A DNA stretch of 64,000 bases from Promethearchaeota archaeon (GCA_016840085.1 JAEOTA010000051.1:68548-132547), one strand, 5' to 3'; numbered from the stretch's first letter, positions 39,142 through 50,747 are shown. A program made the numbers and translations. The notes: a model not told the origin generated them from the sequence alone.

Positions 39142-39841
39142 TTTCCTTTCTCACATCCCACTTTTTTGATTTTTTTCATTACTTTTTTGATTTTTTTTTA
39201 CCAATTCTAATAATTATTACCTTCATATTTAAATGAATCGGGCAAAAAATCGTACTTAAAAGTGCGAAATCCGTCAAAAAATCCATAATATAACTTTTCG
39301 ATTCTAGGTAATGACTGAAAAAGTGAAAAAGGGATTCTATTACTAATTTTTGAAATTTAGATCTTGATTTGTAAGTTAAGATTACAGGACGAAAAGACAA
39401 TATTGACAGAAAATTATGGGAATTCAGTGGGGTGAGTCATTTTTCCGGAACTTTTTTGTATTAAACGATCGAAATCAGTAATATTTCCCTCATTTATTTT
39501 TGGGTCTCATACAAAAGATAATGAATATCTATTCAAACCAGTAAAAAACACCAGATAGAATCGCCAAAGCCCTTATTGGTGACCGCTTTCCTCAAAAAAC
39601 TCAAGGTCAATACACAAAATGAAAAATTATTATCAATTTTCATTACTAGAAACCACCATTTTTTCTCATTTTATATTTAAAGACTTGATCTAATTTATTA
39701 TTATAATCACGCATTTTTATCGGAATGATGCTAATTGATGATCGTGTCACTACAACATAATGATCGAAAAACATCATAATTTATATACAATTATTAATTA
39801 TAGTTATTTGAAAAACTAAAAGTAAATGTGAGGGTTTAAGA

Positions 39842-40111
39842 ATGGTCATGAAAAATGCTGAAGAAAAAGTAGAAAACGTGATGGGGTATTATAAAGACAT
39901 TCGAGAATGCTTAACGGGGTTATATGATATTATCAATATTAATTTTAATGAAAAAGATATCTATCATCAAGCAGGTATGGATAATTTAATAACACTTCAT
40001 AATAGTATTTTGGAAATATTAAGAACTTCATTTACTCCTCGTGAGATTAGAATTCGATTACGAGAGTTAGAATTTGACGAAAAGGAAGCAGAAGAAGTCT
40101 TTCCCCTATAA
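39842..40111 (+). CDS. Hypothetical protein
   Basis: 89-aa ORF with GAGG upstream. Confidence 0.7.
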   Translation: MVMKNAEEKVENVMGYYKDIRECLTGLYDIININFNEKDIYHQAGMDNLITLHNSILEILRTSFTPREIRIRLRELEFDEKEAEEVFPL

Positions 40112-40237
40112 TTATGTTTACAATTTACAATATTTATTGTTTATTGTATACTTTTATAATTTTAATAGTTAAATAGTTTCATTAATTTCAAAACTTAAGG
40201 AATAGAATTAAAATTAAAAAATGAAATAATTAAAAAA

Positions 40238-40903
40238 ATGACTGTAATAACTACAAAAAAGCCTTTTGAAGAAGTCCTAGAGGCTTTAAAAAAGGTCAAA
40301 AAGATTGGAATAGTCTCATGTGGTAGTTGCGCGGCTTTGTGTCAAACTGGTGGAACTGAAGGGGCAAAGGAGATGGCAGAAAAGTTGGAGAAAGAGGGTT
40401 TTGAGATAGTGTTCTCCATTGTTCCAGAAGAAGTTTGTGATCAAAGAGTAATGAAACAGGATTTTAGGAAAATTGAGGAGGATTTACATAAAATTGATGC
40501 GATTTTAAGCTTAAGCTGTGGAGTGGGTATAGCTAGCCTGAATGAAGTGTTAGCAAAAAAATTTCCTCATCTTCCTGTGTTTATTTCTAATAATACAGAA
40601 TTTATAGGGATGACCGAAAGAATTGGTCGTTTCTATATGAGATGTCGTGGATGCGGTCAATGTTTATTAAATGAGACAGGAGGAATTTGTCCAGTCACAA
40701 CGTGTGCTAAATCACTTATGAATGGTCCATGTGGCGGAATGGTTGATGGTAAATGTGAAGTTGGGAACTATGAAAAAGATTGTGGTTGGGTTCTTATATA
40801 TAACCGCTTAAAAGAATTAGGTAGGTTAGATTTATTTAGTATATTGAGGGATCCAATTGATTGGAGTGAATCGGGTCATCAACGAGAAGTAGTGTGGAGG
40901 TAG
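40238..40903 (+). CDS. metV: MetV paralog
   Basis: CRGCGQCLLNETGGICPVTTCAKSLMNGPCGG...KCEV signature. Confidence 0.9.
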   Translation: MTVITTKKPFEEVLEALKKVKKIGIVSCGSCAALCQTGGTEGAKEMAEKLEKEGFEIVFSIVPEEVCDQRVMKQDFRKIEEDLHKIDAILSLSCGVGIASLNEVLAKKFPHLPVFISNNTEFIGMTERIGRFYMRCRGCGQCLLNETGGICPVTTCAKSLMNGPCGGMVDGKCEVGNYEKDCGWVLIYNRLKELGRLDLFSILRDPIDWSESGHQREVVWR

Positions 40904-40910
40904 AGCTAGA

Positions 40911-41843
40911 TTGGCAGAAAAAAAGGTTTATTCAAAATTAGGTGAAATGCTTGCGAAGGGAGAATTCATTTTAACAGGAGAACTTGAACCAGAGAAAACA
41001 TGTGATTTATCACATACAGTTCAAGAAGCTAAAGAAATGGCTCCTTATGTGGTCGCTGCGAATGTTACTGACAGTCCTCTTGGTATAGTTACGATTAATA
41101 GTATGGCTGCGTCTCACATCATCCAAAAAGAAGCAGGATTAGAAGTGATTTGGCAACTTACAGTACGAGACGTGAATAAATTAGGTATTGCAGGAATGAT
41201 AATGGGGGGTCATGCATTAGGATTGCGAAATATTTTATCACTTACTGGTGATCATACTGCCCTTGGAGATATGCCTGAGACGAAACCTGTGTTTGATCTT
41301 GATTCAGCAACCTTAGTTAAATTAATAAGAGAAATGGTTGATAGAGGCTCAATTAATGGGCATGAAATTGAACATCCTCCAACCCTTCATGTTGGTGCTG
41401 CTGCAAATCCAAATTCAGATCCTATGGAGGCAGAAACCTTAAAGATAGGAAGGAAAGCAGAGGCTGGCTGTGAATTTATACAGACTCAGGTCGTTTATGA
41501 TTTAGACAAAACTATTGAATTTCTAAGTGAAATTAAAAAGTATAATGTTCCTGTGCTATTAGGAATTTTCCCCATGAAGAGTTATGGCATCGCAAAAGGT
41601 TTTGATACATTTGTTCCTGGCGTAGATGTTCCAAAAGACATCTTAGCAAAATGGAAAAATATCAAAACTGAATTTAAGGACAATAAGGCAGAGCAAAAAA
41701 GAATGTACGACCAAGCTAATTATGAGTTCTTTAAACCGTTTATTTCTGAGCTTAAAAAAAAGGGGCTTTTAGCAGGTGTACATTGTATGGCAGTTCATTA
41801 TCCACGAATCTTTCCCAAATTAATGGAAGTTATCAAGGCTTAA
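40911..41843 (+). CDS. metF: MetF paralog
   Basis: GELEP, ANVTD, LSLTGDH, FIQTQ and GVHCM motifs. Confidence 0.92.
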   Translation: MAEKKVYSKLGEMLAKGEFILTGELEPEKTCDLSHTVQEAKEMAPYVVAANVTDSPLGIVTINSMAASHIIQKEAGLEVIWQLTVRDVNKLGIAGMIMGGHALGLRNILSLTGDHTALGDMPETKPVFDLDSATLVKLIREMVDRGSINGHEIEHPPTLHVGAAANPNSDPMEAETLKIGRKAEAGCEFIQTQVVYDLDKTIEFLSEIKKYNVPVLLGIFPMKSYGIAKGFDTFVPGVDVPKDILAKWKNIKTEFKDNKAEQKRMYDQANYEFFKPFISELKKKGLLAGVHCMAVHYPRIFPKLMEVIKA

Positions 41844-41954
41844 ACTGATTAGGTAGAACTAATTCATAAAAAAATTTATTCTTTTATTTTCTTTTTAATT
41901 AAAAAAGTTCAAATTACTAAGATTAACATTTCATAAATTATTGTATTTATATTT

Positions 41955-43021
41955 TTAACCGAAGGATATTCCTCCAGATTTTGTTATTAAACTCCAATCT
42001 TCCCAAACATAACTAGTATCGATCATAGTAGGAGAATTGCAGCTGTCGCATTTTTCTGTATCTTTTAAATATTGTTGAAATCGTGGTAGATTTATGGCTT
42101 TTTTAACAGAAACTTCTCGCAAATTTGCTATTGGGTTATCTAATCTTAGGCAATCTTCTATATCGCCATTAGAATTGACAAACATGAAGACTTTCCTGGC
42201 GTGGCATCGATAAGGTTTTTTCCCTCCAATAAAATGTTTCAAATACATTTCTGAATTTAATATATGAGAGCCATTATTTTTTGATTCCAAAATTCTTGAA
42301 AAAGCATCGCTTATTTCTTGCTCAGTTGCGGAAAGTTGTCCTTTTTCATCTACATCCCCCGTTGAATAATGACGTATTGTATTTATCACATTAAAAGCTA
42401 TGGGAACTTCTAATTTATCCCCGAGTGCAATCATCTCATCAACGCGATGAATGTTATATTTACTAATAGAAAAACTAAATTGTAAAGAGATAAGAGGATA
42501 GTTATTTTTAATTAAATCAACGGATTCCATTATTTTGTCATATAATCCGGGTAAAACTCTAATATTATCATGTTCTTCTTGTATAGGGGAATCAAGAGAC
42601 ATAAGAATAAGGTCAAGGTCATCCCCAAATTCGGAGATTCGTTTAGGAATAAGAAAACCGTTGGTTACCATTCCTATAAAAGCATAGTCAGCTTCATGCT
42701 TAGCGAATTTGATAATGTCTGTAATGTCACGACGAAGTGTAGGTTCACCCCCCAAAGAAGAGTTATAAAAAAACCTGCCTTTCTAGCTTCCAAATAAATA
42801 CGTTTAATTTCTTCTAGTGTTAATTAATTTTTAACTGAATTATCTTTCCAAAGACAAGACTCACAGTCACAATTACATCGTAATGTAGTAAGGAAATGAA
42901 AAATGAATGGTTTACCTCCACTGTCTTTCGCTTTTTTTGCGGCTATCGCTAATCTGGCAAATAATTTATTTTTTTGCCGTATTAATTCTTTATCTGTTTT
43001 TTTTTGTTCCATAGATGTCAT
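41955..43021 (-). pseudogene. Radical SAM protein with two lesions
   Basis: CNCDCESC motif; TAA at 42824-42826 in KN*LTLEEI; a G6 run one base short of WGGEP at 42748-42753. Confidence 0.85.
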
Positions 43022-43032
43022 TTATTTAAAAA

Positions 43033-44121
43033 TTATATTTTGATAATTTTACCGACTTTCAAATCAGTATAGGCTTCTTTGAAAGTCTCCTTAAAAGCAC
43101 GTATACTCTCCATGCTGCTATCATGGGGAGAAAGCGATACAATCTTAGGATTTCTAGCCTTAAGGTAATTTAATGCATACTCTCTGTCATCTTTATGCCA
43201 TGGTTCCCAGGGTGGTCTTCTTGTCATAATAAACTTATATATAGGCAATCCAGACCAAGTGTTATCCTCACCAGGGAATTTTGGGATAGGTAAGTGTAAT
43301 CCCCCAATAATACCATAAATGGGAGTATCAAATAAAGCCTCAACGCGGTCTATTATATTTTGGATTCCTTGATGGCCACAGCCGACAACTACCACTATGC
43401 CTTTCCCCTCTATATTAAATGCTAAAGCTTGTTCGAATGTTGGTCCTGCGAAAAACATAGGGCTCTGAATTGATCCTATAGAAGCAACACCATTTGCGAT
43501 GACCCCGGGATCTTTCATTTGGCTTACTATAGCAGTTGGATGGTTCATTGGAACAGGCGTAAATGCTTTCACATGGCTTAAATCTTGCTGTGTTCCTGAA
43601 AGTGAGAAGGTTTTATTTCTAACCCATTTAGCACCTCCTACATGGTCACCATGCAAATGAGAAATGAAAATATAGTTAAAATCGTCTAGAGCGATTCCTA
43701 AAGCTTCCATGTTTCTTAGAAGTGGGGATGGATGTTCATTTTTAGAATTTAAGCCTGTATCAAATAAGATACCAATATCGTCAGCTTTAATGTAATAAGA
43801 AACACCATTTTCAGTTAAAAAATTACCTTCAGCATGATAATCAATAAGGGGAATTATCTCCAAATGTTTAATAGCACCCATATCATCTAATTTTGTTAGC
43901 TTAGTATTGGACCACTCTTTCTTGGCAAGTTGTCTATTCCTTTCATATTTTTTATTCAATACTACAAGGGTGAAGAGAGGTAAAGAAAAGTCAAATATAT
44001 GTTCCAAATCATCAGGAGATAGTTTTTTACCCTCAAGGAGTTTTAATATGCTTCCCCTATCTCGTTTAAACGGAAATTCTTTAAGCAATTTCTTAATCTC
44101 ATCTAAATTCATCACATTCAA
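43033..44121 (-). CDS. MBL-fold metallohydrolase (COG1237-like)
   Basis: ENGVS, LFDTG, SHLHGDHVGG, GCGHQG and GGLH motifs. Confidence 0.85.
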   Translation of the reverse strand: MNVMNLDEIKKLLKEFPFKRDRGSILKLLEGKKLSPDDLEHIFDFSLPLFTLVVLNKKYERNRQLAKKEWSNTKLTKLDDMGAIKHLEIIPLIDYHAEGNFLTENGVSYYIKADDIGILFDTGLNSKNEHPSPLLRNMEALGIALDDFNYIFISHLHGDHVGGAKWVRNKTFSLSGTQQDLSHVKAFTPVPMNHPTAIVSQMKDPGVIANGVASIGSIQSPMFFAGPTFEQALAFNIEGKGIVVVVGCGHQGIQNIIDRVEALFDTPIYGIIGGLHLPIPKFPGEDNTWSGLPIYKFIMTRRPPWEPWHKDDREYALNYLKARNPKIVSLSPHDSSMESIRAFKETFKEAYTDLKVGKIIKI

Positions 44122-44285
44122 TTTAAAAACCAGAAATTATTTTTTTAAAATTAATTAGAATAATTAATGTATCTATAAATTAAGTAATTTTTTTCAATTT
44201 TAGTTTTATTTTATATCTTATTATAATTTCCATTTCTGAAAATAGAAATGATAATAGATATAGAATTATTATTTGGAGGTATTAA

Positions 44286-44996
44286 ATGAGTTCTAGAGAA
44301 GAAGAACATATAATGGGAGGAGGAAAAATAAGGAGTATTATTTTAGGCTTAAATGATGGCTTGATTTCAACATTCACATTATTAGTAGGAGTTGCAGCAG
44401 CAACTATAGCTACTCTAGGAAGTAATGCAATTGTAATATTAACAGGATTAGCGGCAATGGTTTCAGGAGCGATAAGTATGGGGCTAGGTGAATATATTTC
44501 TAGTAAATCTGAATATAATTACATTAAAAATGAATTAAAAAAGGAAAGAGCAGAGATTGAGCTTTTTCCTGAAGAAGAAAAAGAGGAAGTTAGGGAAATT
44601 TTCGAAAAAATGGGACTTAAAGGTGAATTACTTAATTCATGTGTAGATACTATTACTTCAAATAAACAGGTATGGTTTGATTTTTTATCAAAAAGTGAAT
44701 TAGGTTTAGAAGAACCAGAAAATCCTATTTTGGGAGCAATCTTGACATTTCTCTCCTTTATCTTTGGTTCATTTTTATCACTATTTCCCTACTTTTTTAA
44801 TATAGGTTTAATTTCTTTAGTTTTATCCTCGGTAGTCTCATTTTTAATGTTATTCGTTGGTGGAGTTTTAAAGACCAAAATTACTGGAGAAAATAAAATT
44901 AGGAGTGGCCTTGAGATGGTTATAATAGGAATAGTAGCATTTCTAGCCTCTTATGGAATAGGAACTATTCTTGAACAATTAATAATTACTATATAA
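44286..44996 (+). CDS. VIT1/CCC1 family Fe/Mn transporter
   Basis: IILGLNDGLIS, GAISMGLGEYISSKSE and ExEEV motifs. Confidence 0.92.
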   Translation: MSSREEEHIMGGGKIRSIILGLNDGLISTFTLLVGVAAATIATLGSNAIVILTGLAAMVSGAISMGLGEYISSKSEYNYIKNELKKERAEIELFPEEEKEEVREIFEKMGLKGELLNSCVDTITSNKQVWFDFLSKSELGLEEPENPILGAILTFLSFIFGSFLSLFPYFFNIGLISLVLSSVVSFLMLFVGGVLKTKITGENKIRSGLEMVIIGIVAFLASYGIGTILEQLIITI

Positions 44997-45019
44997 ATAG
45001 AAGTCTGAAATTATTTTTT

Positions 45020-45586
45020 TTATATTTCTTTAAAAAATTTCTGAGTATGATCGCACACGGGACAAACTAGAGGAGCCTCCTCAAATTCAACATTTCCACA
45101 AATTTGACAAACATAAATTTTCTGTTTATCGATTTTTTGATTTTTCTCAAGTTGTTTTAAATATTTTTTAAACAAATTAGCATGTACTTTTTCTGCTTTT
45201 CTTGCTAACATAAAAGATAACTCAGCGACTTCATTTTCTTCTTTTTTTGCATTCTTTACGAAATCTTTATACATTTGTTTAGTTTCATATGTTTCACCTT
45301 TGATAGCATCTATTAGATTTGATTTTGTGTCTTTAACAGTTTTCTTTAAGGCTTCCTCATTCACATCGACGAAATTTTCAATCTTAATTTCAACACCAGT
45401 TAGAAGTGTAAGTGCTTTCATATGATTTTTAATATGAACTGCTTCTGCAGTTGAAATAGCCTCGAATAAATGCGCAATCTCAGGGTAATTTTCATCATAT
45501 GCTTTTTCAGCAAAGAATTTATACTTTGCTTTGGCAGTACTCTCTCCCATAATCGCTTCCTTCAAGTTTTCGATAACAATTGACAT
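45020..45586 (-). CDS. rbr: Rubrerythrin
   Basis: GESTA, AEAVH, GETYE, AEKVH and C-terminal CQICG...CPVC. Confidence 0.92.
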   Translation of the reverse strand: MSIVIENLKEAIMGESTAKAKYKFFAEKAYDENYPEIAHLFEAISTAEAVHIKNHMKALTLLTGVEIKIENFVDVNEEALKKTVKDTKSNLIDAIKGETYETKQMYKDFVKNAKKEENEVAELSFMLARKAEKVHANLFKKYLKQLEKNQKIDKQKIYVCQICGNVEFEEAPLVCPVCDHTQKFFKEI

Positions 45587-45720
45587 TTTTTTGAGATAAT
45601 CTTTTTTACTCTATTTATTTCCTAAAAAGATATATAAAATTTATATCATTTTGATTTAAAATAGAAATTAAGAATTAATTAGTATAAATCTACTCCTTAT
45701 CTTTACTTTTTTATCTACTT

Positions 45721-46746
45721 TTAACTATAGTATAAAATTTTTCCATTTTTTTCAACAGACTTTACTAAGTCTTGATTTTCAAGGAAAAAAAGATGACCAA
45801 GTACTTCGGAAAGTGCTAGAAATGAATTCATATCATCCAAATCTCCAAAATGTATTTGGGAGATTTTTAAGGGCGTTAACGGATTATTTTTAATTACTCT
45901 TGATATCTCTGCCAACCTATTTTTATGGTGTTCTTTGATTTCCGAAATGCGTTTATGAGGATTGTATATAATTTCTTGATGTGCAGGAAAGATAATTTTA
46001 GGATTGAGTTTATCAATTCGATCCAATGAATTTAGATAATGTTTTAAAATATTATTAAAGTCATAACCTTCATATTGTTCTGTCAAAAATTTAGGAATAA
46101 TATAGTTTCCAATATGAGGAGTTATTCTCGAAAGTATATGATCTCCTGAGAAAAGAAACTTTTTTTTTGTATTAAAAACACAAATATGACCAAAACTATG
46201 TCCTGGTGTCCATATAACTTCTAAATCTTCTAAAATTCTATCACCATCATGTAAGATTATATCTGGCTTTTGATACTTACGAAATTTGGGCCAATAGCTA
46301 AAAAATTGTACTACTCTTTCAGCTTGCTTTTCGTTAAATCCATATTTTATCATTTGGAATGCTACTTTTTTAGCTTCTTGTTCTAACTCATTCAAATTTT
46401 GGCTTTCATTTTCCCATTTGAGTGTTTTGGAAGTAATATCATGCATCAATATTTTAAGATTTGGATTCTTTTGTTTTAAAGTTCCTGCTAATCCAACATG
46501 GTCAGAATGATTATGAGAAATAAAGCAGTAATCAATATCTTGAATAGTTAGACTAATATCATTAAGAGCTGAGAAAAATATTTTACCCCAATTACCCATA
46601 TCCAACCCTGAATCAAAAAGTACATTTTTTTCTTTAATGGTGAAAAGGTAAAGAGAAACATTTTTAACTGCCCAAGGAACATCTATTTTAATTTGATGAA
46701 CATCTTCAATTTGATTTACTTCGGAGTTAAACTTAACAGAATACAA
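45721..46746 (-). CDS. MBL-fold hydrolase with C-terminal winged helix
   Basis: SHNHSDHVG, TPGHSFGH, SGDH and PAH motifs. Confidence 0.88.
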   Translation of the reverse strand: MYSVKFNSEVNQIEDVHQIKIDVPWAVKNVSLYLFTIKEKNVLFDSGLDMGNWGKIFFSALNDISLTIQDIDYCFISHNHSDHVGLAGTLKQKNPNLKILMHDITSKTLKWENESQNLNELEQEAKKVAFQMIKYGFNEKQAERVVQFFSYWPKFRKYQKPDIILHDGDRILEDLEVIWTPGHSFGHICVFNTKKKFLFSGDHILSRITPHIGNYIIPKFLTEQYEGYDFNNILKHYLNSLDRIDKLNPKIIFPAHQEIIYNPHKRISEIKEHHKNRLAEISRVIKNNPLTPLKISQIHFGDLDDMNSFLALSEVLGHLFFLENQDLVKSVEKNGKILYYS

Positions 46747-46871
46747 GGTAAATAGGCTCTTTATTATGTTAAGATTAAAAATTAATCTGAGAATTTTTAG
46801 TTTTACATTTTTTAATTTAACTAATTTAAAATTAACTATTTGAAGAATAAATTAAACTTTATACTTTAAAT

Positions 46872-47672
46872 TTAAAAACTGGTCTTTTTCTGAAAAACTA
46901 AAATACCTATTAATATGAAAATAGTTGTATATACAACAACTATTAATAATCCACCCAATAGAGTAATTGGAATGGTCTCTGCACCGGCCCCAATCAATGA
47001 ACTATTATATAAGTTATCATTCAATCCATCCCCCAATACAGTAAGTTGAAGAAATATTTGTTTAGCCCAGTAAGGTGGTGTGAAGTATACAATAGGACTC
47101 TCAAATGGAAATAAACTTCCTGAGATAAAGATAAGTACCATAAAAATTAACAATGAAAAAGCATTCGCGATTTCTACTGTTTTTGATATGCTGGCGATTA
47201 TTATGCCTAAACCAACTGAAGAAATACCAAATAAAACTGCAACTAAAAATCCAAAAAATAAGGCTAAAGGATTTTCAAAATATAAACCTAAAATTGCATA
47301 CCCTATAATGAACATAATAGCGATTTGTAGTATTAAAAAAAGTGATTCTGACATTAACGATCCTAAGAACATGTTTTTTCTGCCAGTAGGCATAGTATCT
47401 AAGCGATCAAGCATTCCTGAATTTTTTTCTTGAGCAAACATGATTGCGGCATTCATCACCCCAATTCCAACGGCATATGTAATCATCCCAGGAAAGCCAT
47501 AATCAAATCCAGTTCGACCAGTAGGATCTTCTTCAGAGCCAAACATAAAGTAAAACATAACAGTAAACATAATCGGAAGTAGAAGTGAAAAAAAAGGATA
47601 TTGCCAATGTCGCAACTTATCTTTAAGATTTTTAATGGATATTTGAATAGCCTTATTTTCTAAAATGGTCAA
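46872..47672 (-). CDS. ABC-2 type permease
   Basis: About six TM helices, EKNSGMLDRL motif, adjacent ATPase. Confidence 0.88.
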   Translation of the reverse strand: MTILENKAIQISIKNLKDKLRHWQYPFFSLLLPIMFTVMFYFMFGSEEDPTGRTGFDYGFPGMITYAVGIGVMNAAIMFAQEKNSGMLDRLDTMPTGRKNMFLGSLMSESLFLILQIAIMFIIGYAILGLYFENPLALFFGFLVAVLFGISSVGLGIIIASISKTVEIANAFSLLIFMVLIFISGSLFPFESPIVYFTPPYWAKQIFLQLTVLGDGLNDNLYNSSLIGAGAETIPITLLGGLLIVVVYTTIFILIGILVFQKKTSF

Positions 47673-47673
47673 T

Positions 47674-48645
47674 TTAATCTCTCAACCTCCTTCCTGTTAA
47701 ATTTAAAAATACATCTTCAAGAGAGTTTTGTCTAAATTTCATATTTTCAACCTCATCAATATTTTCAATAAGTCCTTGTTGAAGAAGTTTTACAAGATTT
47801 TTTAATCCACCTTGAAAAGAAATTAAGAGTGTCTTTCTTTCCTTTCTACTAACTTCTTTCCAGTTTGCAACGAAAGGAATTTTTTCTATATTAACTTTCA
47901 CTAAATCAAGGTCTTCCTGCTCAATAAAGGATACCTCTAACACATTATCACTCCCATATTTCTCCTTTAGTTCTGTAGGCGTTCCTTGAGCAATTATTTT
48001 ACCATTATCTATTATTGCAATACGTTCACTTAGAGAATCAGCCTCAACCATATCATGGGTCATAAGAATGATTGTGATTTCCCTGTTTTTTAGATCTCGA
48101 ATAAAATCCCAAACTAGTCTTCTTGCTTGAGGATCAAGCCCAGCCGTAGGCTCATCAAGAAACAAAATCTGAGGATCAAACACTAGAGCCATTGCGAGAT
48201 TTAAACGACGTTGCATACCCCCTGAGAAATGTTTAGACCAATCTTTTCTTCCAGCTATTCCAAAATCCTCCAATAATTTTTTAGCTTTGTCTTTTGCTTC
48301 TTTACGAGGTATACCATGCATACCAGCTACAAATTCAACATTTTCTTCAGCTCTTAAAACCTCATATATTGTAATATTTTGAGGACATACCCCAATTGCT
48401 TTTACAATCTCTTTTTTTCCTTTTAAAATACTATGTCCATTGACTCTAGCATCACCAGAAGTGGGGGTTAACACAGTAGTTAACATGCGAACTAATGTTG
48501 TTTTTCCAGCACCATTAGGACCAAGAATGCTAAATAATTCTCCTTTTTTAATTTTCAAAGATACCCCATCTACAGCCTTAACTTCCTTAAAATGTTTTTT
48601 AAGATCTTTAATTTCAATAATAACAGAATTATTAGTCATACTCAT
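47674..48645 (-). CDS. ABC transporter ATP-binding protein (DrrA-like)
   Basis: GPNGAGKT, FSGGMQRR and LFLDEPTAGLD motifs. Confidence 0.95.
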   Translation of the reverse strand: MSMTNNSVIIEIKDLKKHFKEVKAVDGVSLKIKKGELFSILGPNGAGKTTLVRMLTTVLTPTSGDARVNGHSILKGKKEIVKAIGVCPQNITIYEVLRAEENVEFVAGMHGIPRKEAKDKAKKLLEDFGIAGRKDWSKHFSGGMQRRLNLAMALVFDPQILFLDEPTAGLDPQARRLVWDFIRDLKNREITIILMTHDMVEADSLSERIAIIDNGKIIAQGTPTELKEKYGSDNVLEVSFIEQEDLDLVKVNIEKIPFVANWKEVSRKERKTLLISFQGGLKNLVKLLQQGLIENIDEVENMKFRQNSLEDVFLNLTGRRLRD

Positions 48646-48973
48646 AATTTTAAAACCACATTAATTTTTATTATTAATTAATTAATTTATATAATTAATA
48701 AAATGGGAGTCCAAATTTTAAAAAATTTTTGAAATACCCCTCAATTAAGGTTTTTCTATTTATACTATATATTCTAGTTGCCATTTCATTATCATATCAT
48801 TCTTTTTATACAGATATATAAAATTATTCTAGTTAGAATAAATATTTATATGAAAATAATGAAGATGATGATTAATAAACGTCTTTTCACTCTAAATATA
48901 TACAATAACATTTTAAATAACTAATTCTATTATTCTAATTACATTATTTCAAAAAATAAAACCAATAAAAAAG

Positions 48974-50458
48974 ATGATCAATAAAATGGAAAGAGATTTA
49001 CAAAAAGATTTATCGAGAATACTTAAAAAAGAAAAGTTCCAAGCTAAGATAATAAGTTATATGTCCAAGGTTGGAAAACTGTTGCTTTTCATACTTCCTA
49101 TCGCGCTTGTAATTATAACTATACTTACATTATTTTACCCTCGTAGTTTCACGCTACCGATAATTTTTTATGCGATATTAGCTATCTATTTGTTCAATTC
49201 AGTAATGTTATTTTTAGGAGCAAATTCAACTGAATCCTCTCTTAAATTACGTTTAAATTTTGAAAGAAAAAGGGGGCGCCCTATAGACAGCCTTGATGGT
49301 TTTGATTTATTGGCAAACAATGTAAAGAGAGTTACCAATTTATTAAAAATAATTTCTCTGATTTGTTTAGTTGCGTTAGTATTATTTCTTATCATGTTAT
49401 TTCTTGAAGATCTTAATCTCGGATTTGCAGCGGCAGGTTTTTCTTTAGTAGGGTTCGGTTTAGCACTATTAATACGAAGTTTAAACCTAAATATTCATGA
49501 TGTCAATGGTCTTCAAGATTTCTACAAACCAACTACTCATCAAATATTTTTAGACAATTTTTTCGCAGAGATTTTATCAAACCATTTAGACCCGGTGACT
49601 TTTCTCAAATGGGATGAGTATTTAGCAGAATTAAATAACATCTTAACTCCTGAATTCATCCAAAAAGTAAAAGAGCAAGAAGCAGAAGAGTTGCCTATTA
49701 CTTTTGCTATTGAAAACTTACTATTTCTCTATTATTTAAAATTCCAAGAAGTATTATCAGAAGATCAACTAATCCGGGAGCTAAAAGAAATTATCAATGT
49801 AGATTCAGATAATTTCGATGTGGAGAAAGGTATATTTATGGAAGGAGCCTGGTATTTTTCTATAAATGATATCTATAAATTGTTTAATTACATAAAAAAA
49901 TTCAATCCTGGCTTTTTCAATATAATAGACAGATTACAATTAGAATTAGCTGATAATATTGAACGAGTGTCGAACGATCCGATATATATGGACTCTACAG
50001 CTCAAGAAGTTGTATATCTAAAATCAGAATTGAATATTTTTTGCTTCTTATATAACAATTCTCCAGAATCTAAAAAATATATTATAAAAGTAAATGCTCC
50101 TGGATTTGAACCTAATAAATTAAAACTTGATATTGAAGTTGAAGGACGAGGCTCTTTTATTATCCCTGATAAGAAAATACCCTTAATATCTTCTGAAGAG
50201 AGAGACCTAGCAGGAGTTTTATCAACAATGTTAGAAAATGGAGATACTACATGGTTAACTTTAGAACCAAGGGAAACTGGGGAACAAACGGTTCAGATAT
50301 TCTTATTAGATAAGGATGGAACAATTATCGAAGGAAAGACTCGTGTCGTGAAGGTTTCCAAAAATATTAAAGATTACATTAAAAAATTAAGTTCTATTGG
50401 CTCATTATTGGGTGGATTAGCTGTACCCTTAGCAAAGATTTTACCATCAATGCTTTAA
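48974..50458 (+). CDS. Hypothetical membrane protein (4 N-terminal TM)
   Basis: 494-aa ORF with four hydrophobic segments; T-rich tract after the stop. Confidence 0.8.
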   Translation: MINKMERDLQKDLSRILKKEKFQAKIISYMSKVGKLLLFILPIALVIITILTLFYPRSFTLPIIFYAILAIYLFNSVMLFLGANSTESSLKLRLNFERKRGRPIDSLDGFDLLANNVKRVTNLLKIISLICLVALVLFLIMLFLEDLNLGFAAAGFSLVGFGLALLIRSLNLNIHDVNGLQDFYKPTTHQIFLDNFFAEILSNHLDPVTFLKWDEYLAELNNILTPEFIQKVKEQEAEELPITFAIENLLFLYYLKFQEVLSEDQLIRELKEIINVDSDNFDVEKGIFMEGAWYFSINDIYKLFNYIKKFNPGFFNIIDRLQLELADNIERVSNDPIYMDSTAQEVVYLKSELNIFCFLYNNSPESKKYIIKVNAPGFEPNKLKLDIEVEGRGSFIIPDKKIPLISSEERDLAGVLSTMLENGDTTWLTLEPRETGEQTVQIFLLDKDGTIIEGKTRVVKVSKNIKDYIKKLSSIGSLLGGLAVPLAKILPSML

Positions 50459-50747
50459 TCTTTTTTATTTTTTTTTATACTTTACTCTTTTTTATTGATA
50501 ATACGATACAACATACCAGATTTTTTATTTTTCTATTTAGGACTTAGATGAAAACATCATTTTACAAGATTCTATATAACACCAAAATATGAATATTGAT
50601 GTAAATAAGTTTAAATATAATTAGTCGACTATTTATGTGATTTAACAATTTTGTTGAATTTGATCAAAAATTGAAATATTTTTACTTTTATAACAAAATT
50701 ATAAAATGATTTTTTATCAAAAATTCATGCTTAAATTGTGAGTAGAA

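Noticed and set aside
39179-39400. 73-aa minus-strand ORF upstream of the anchor
   Set aside because: TTG start, no SD or motif, atypical composition; probably spurious
15600-39800. Provirus, IS element or classical integron
   Set aside because: No integrase, transposase, capsid gene, terminal inverted repeats or attC-like sites recognised
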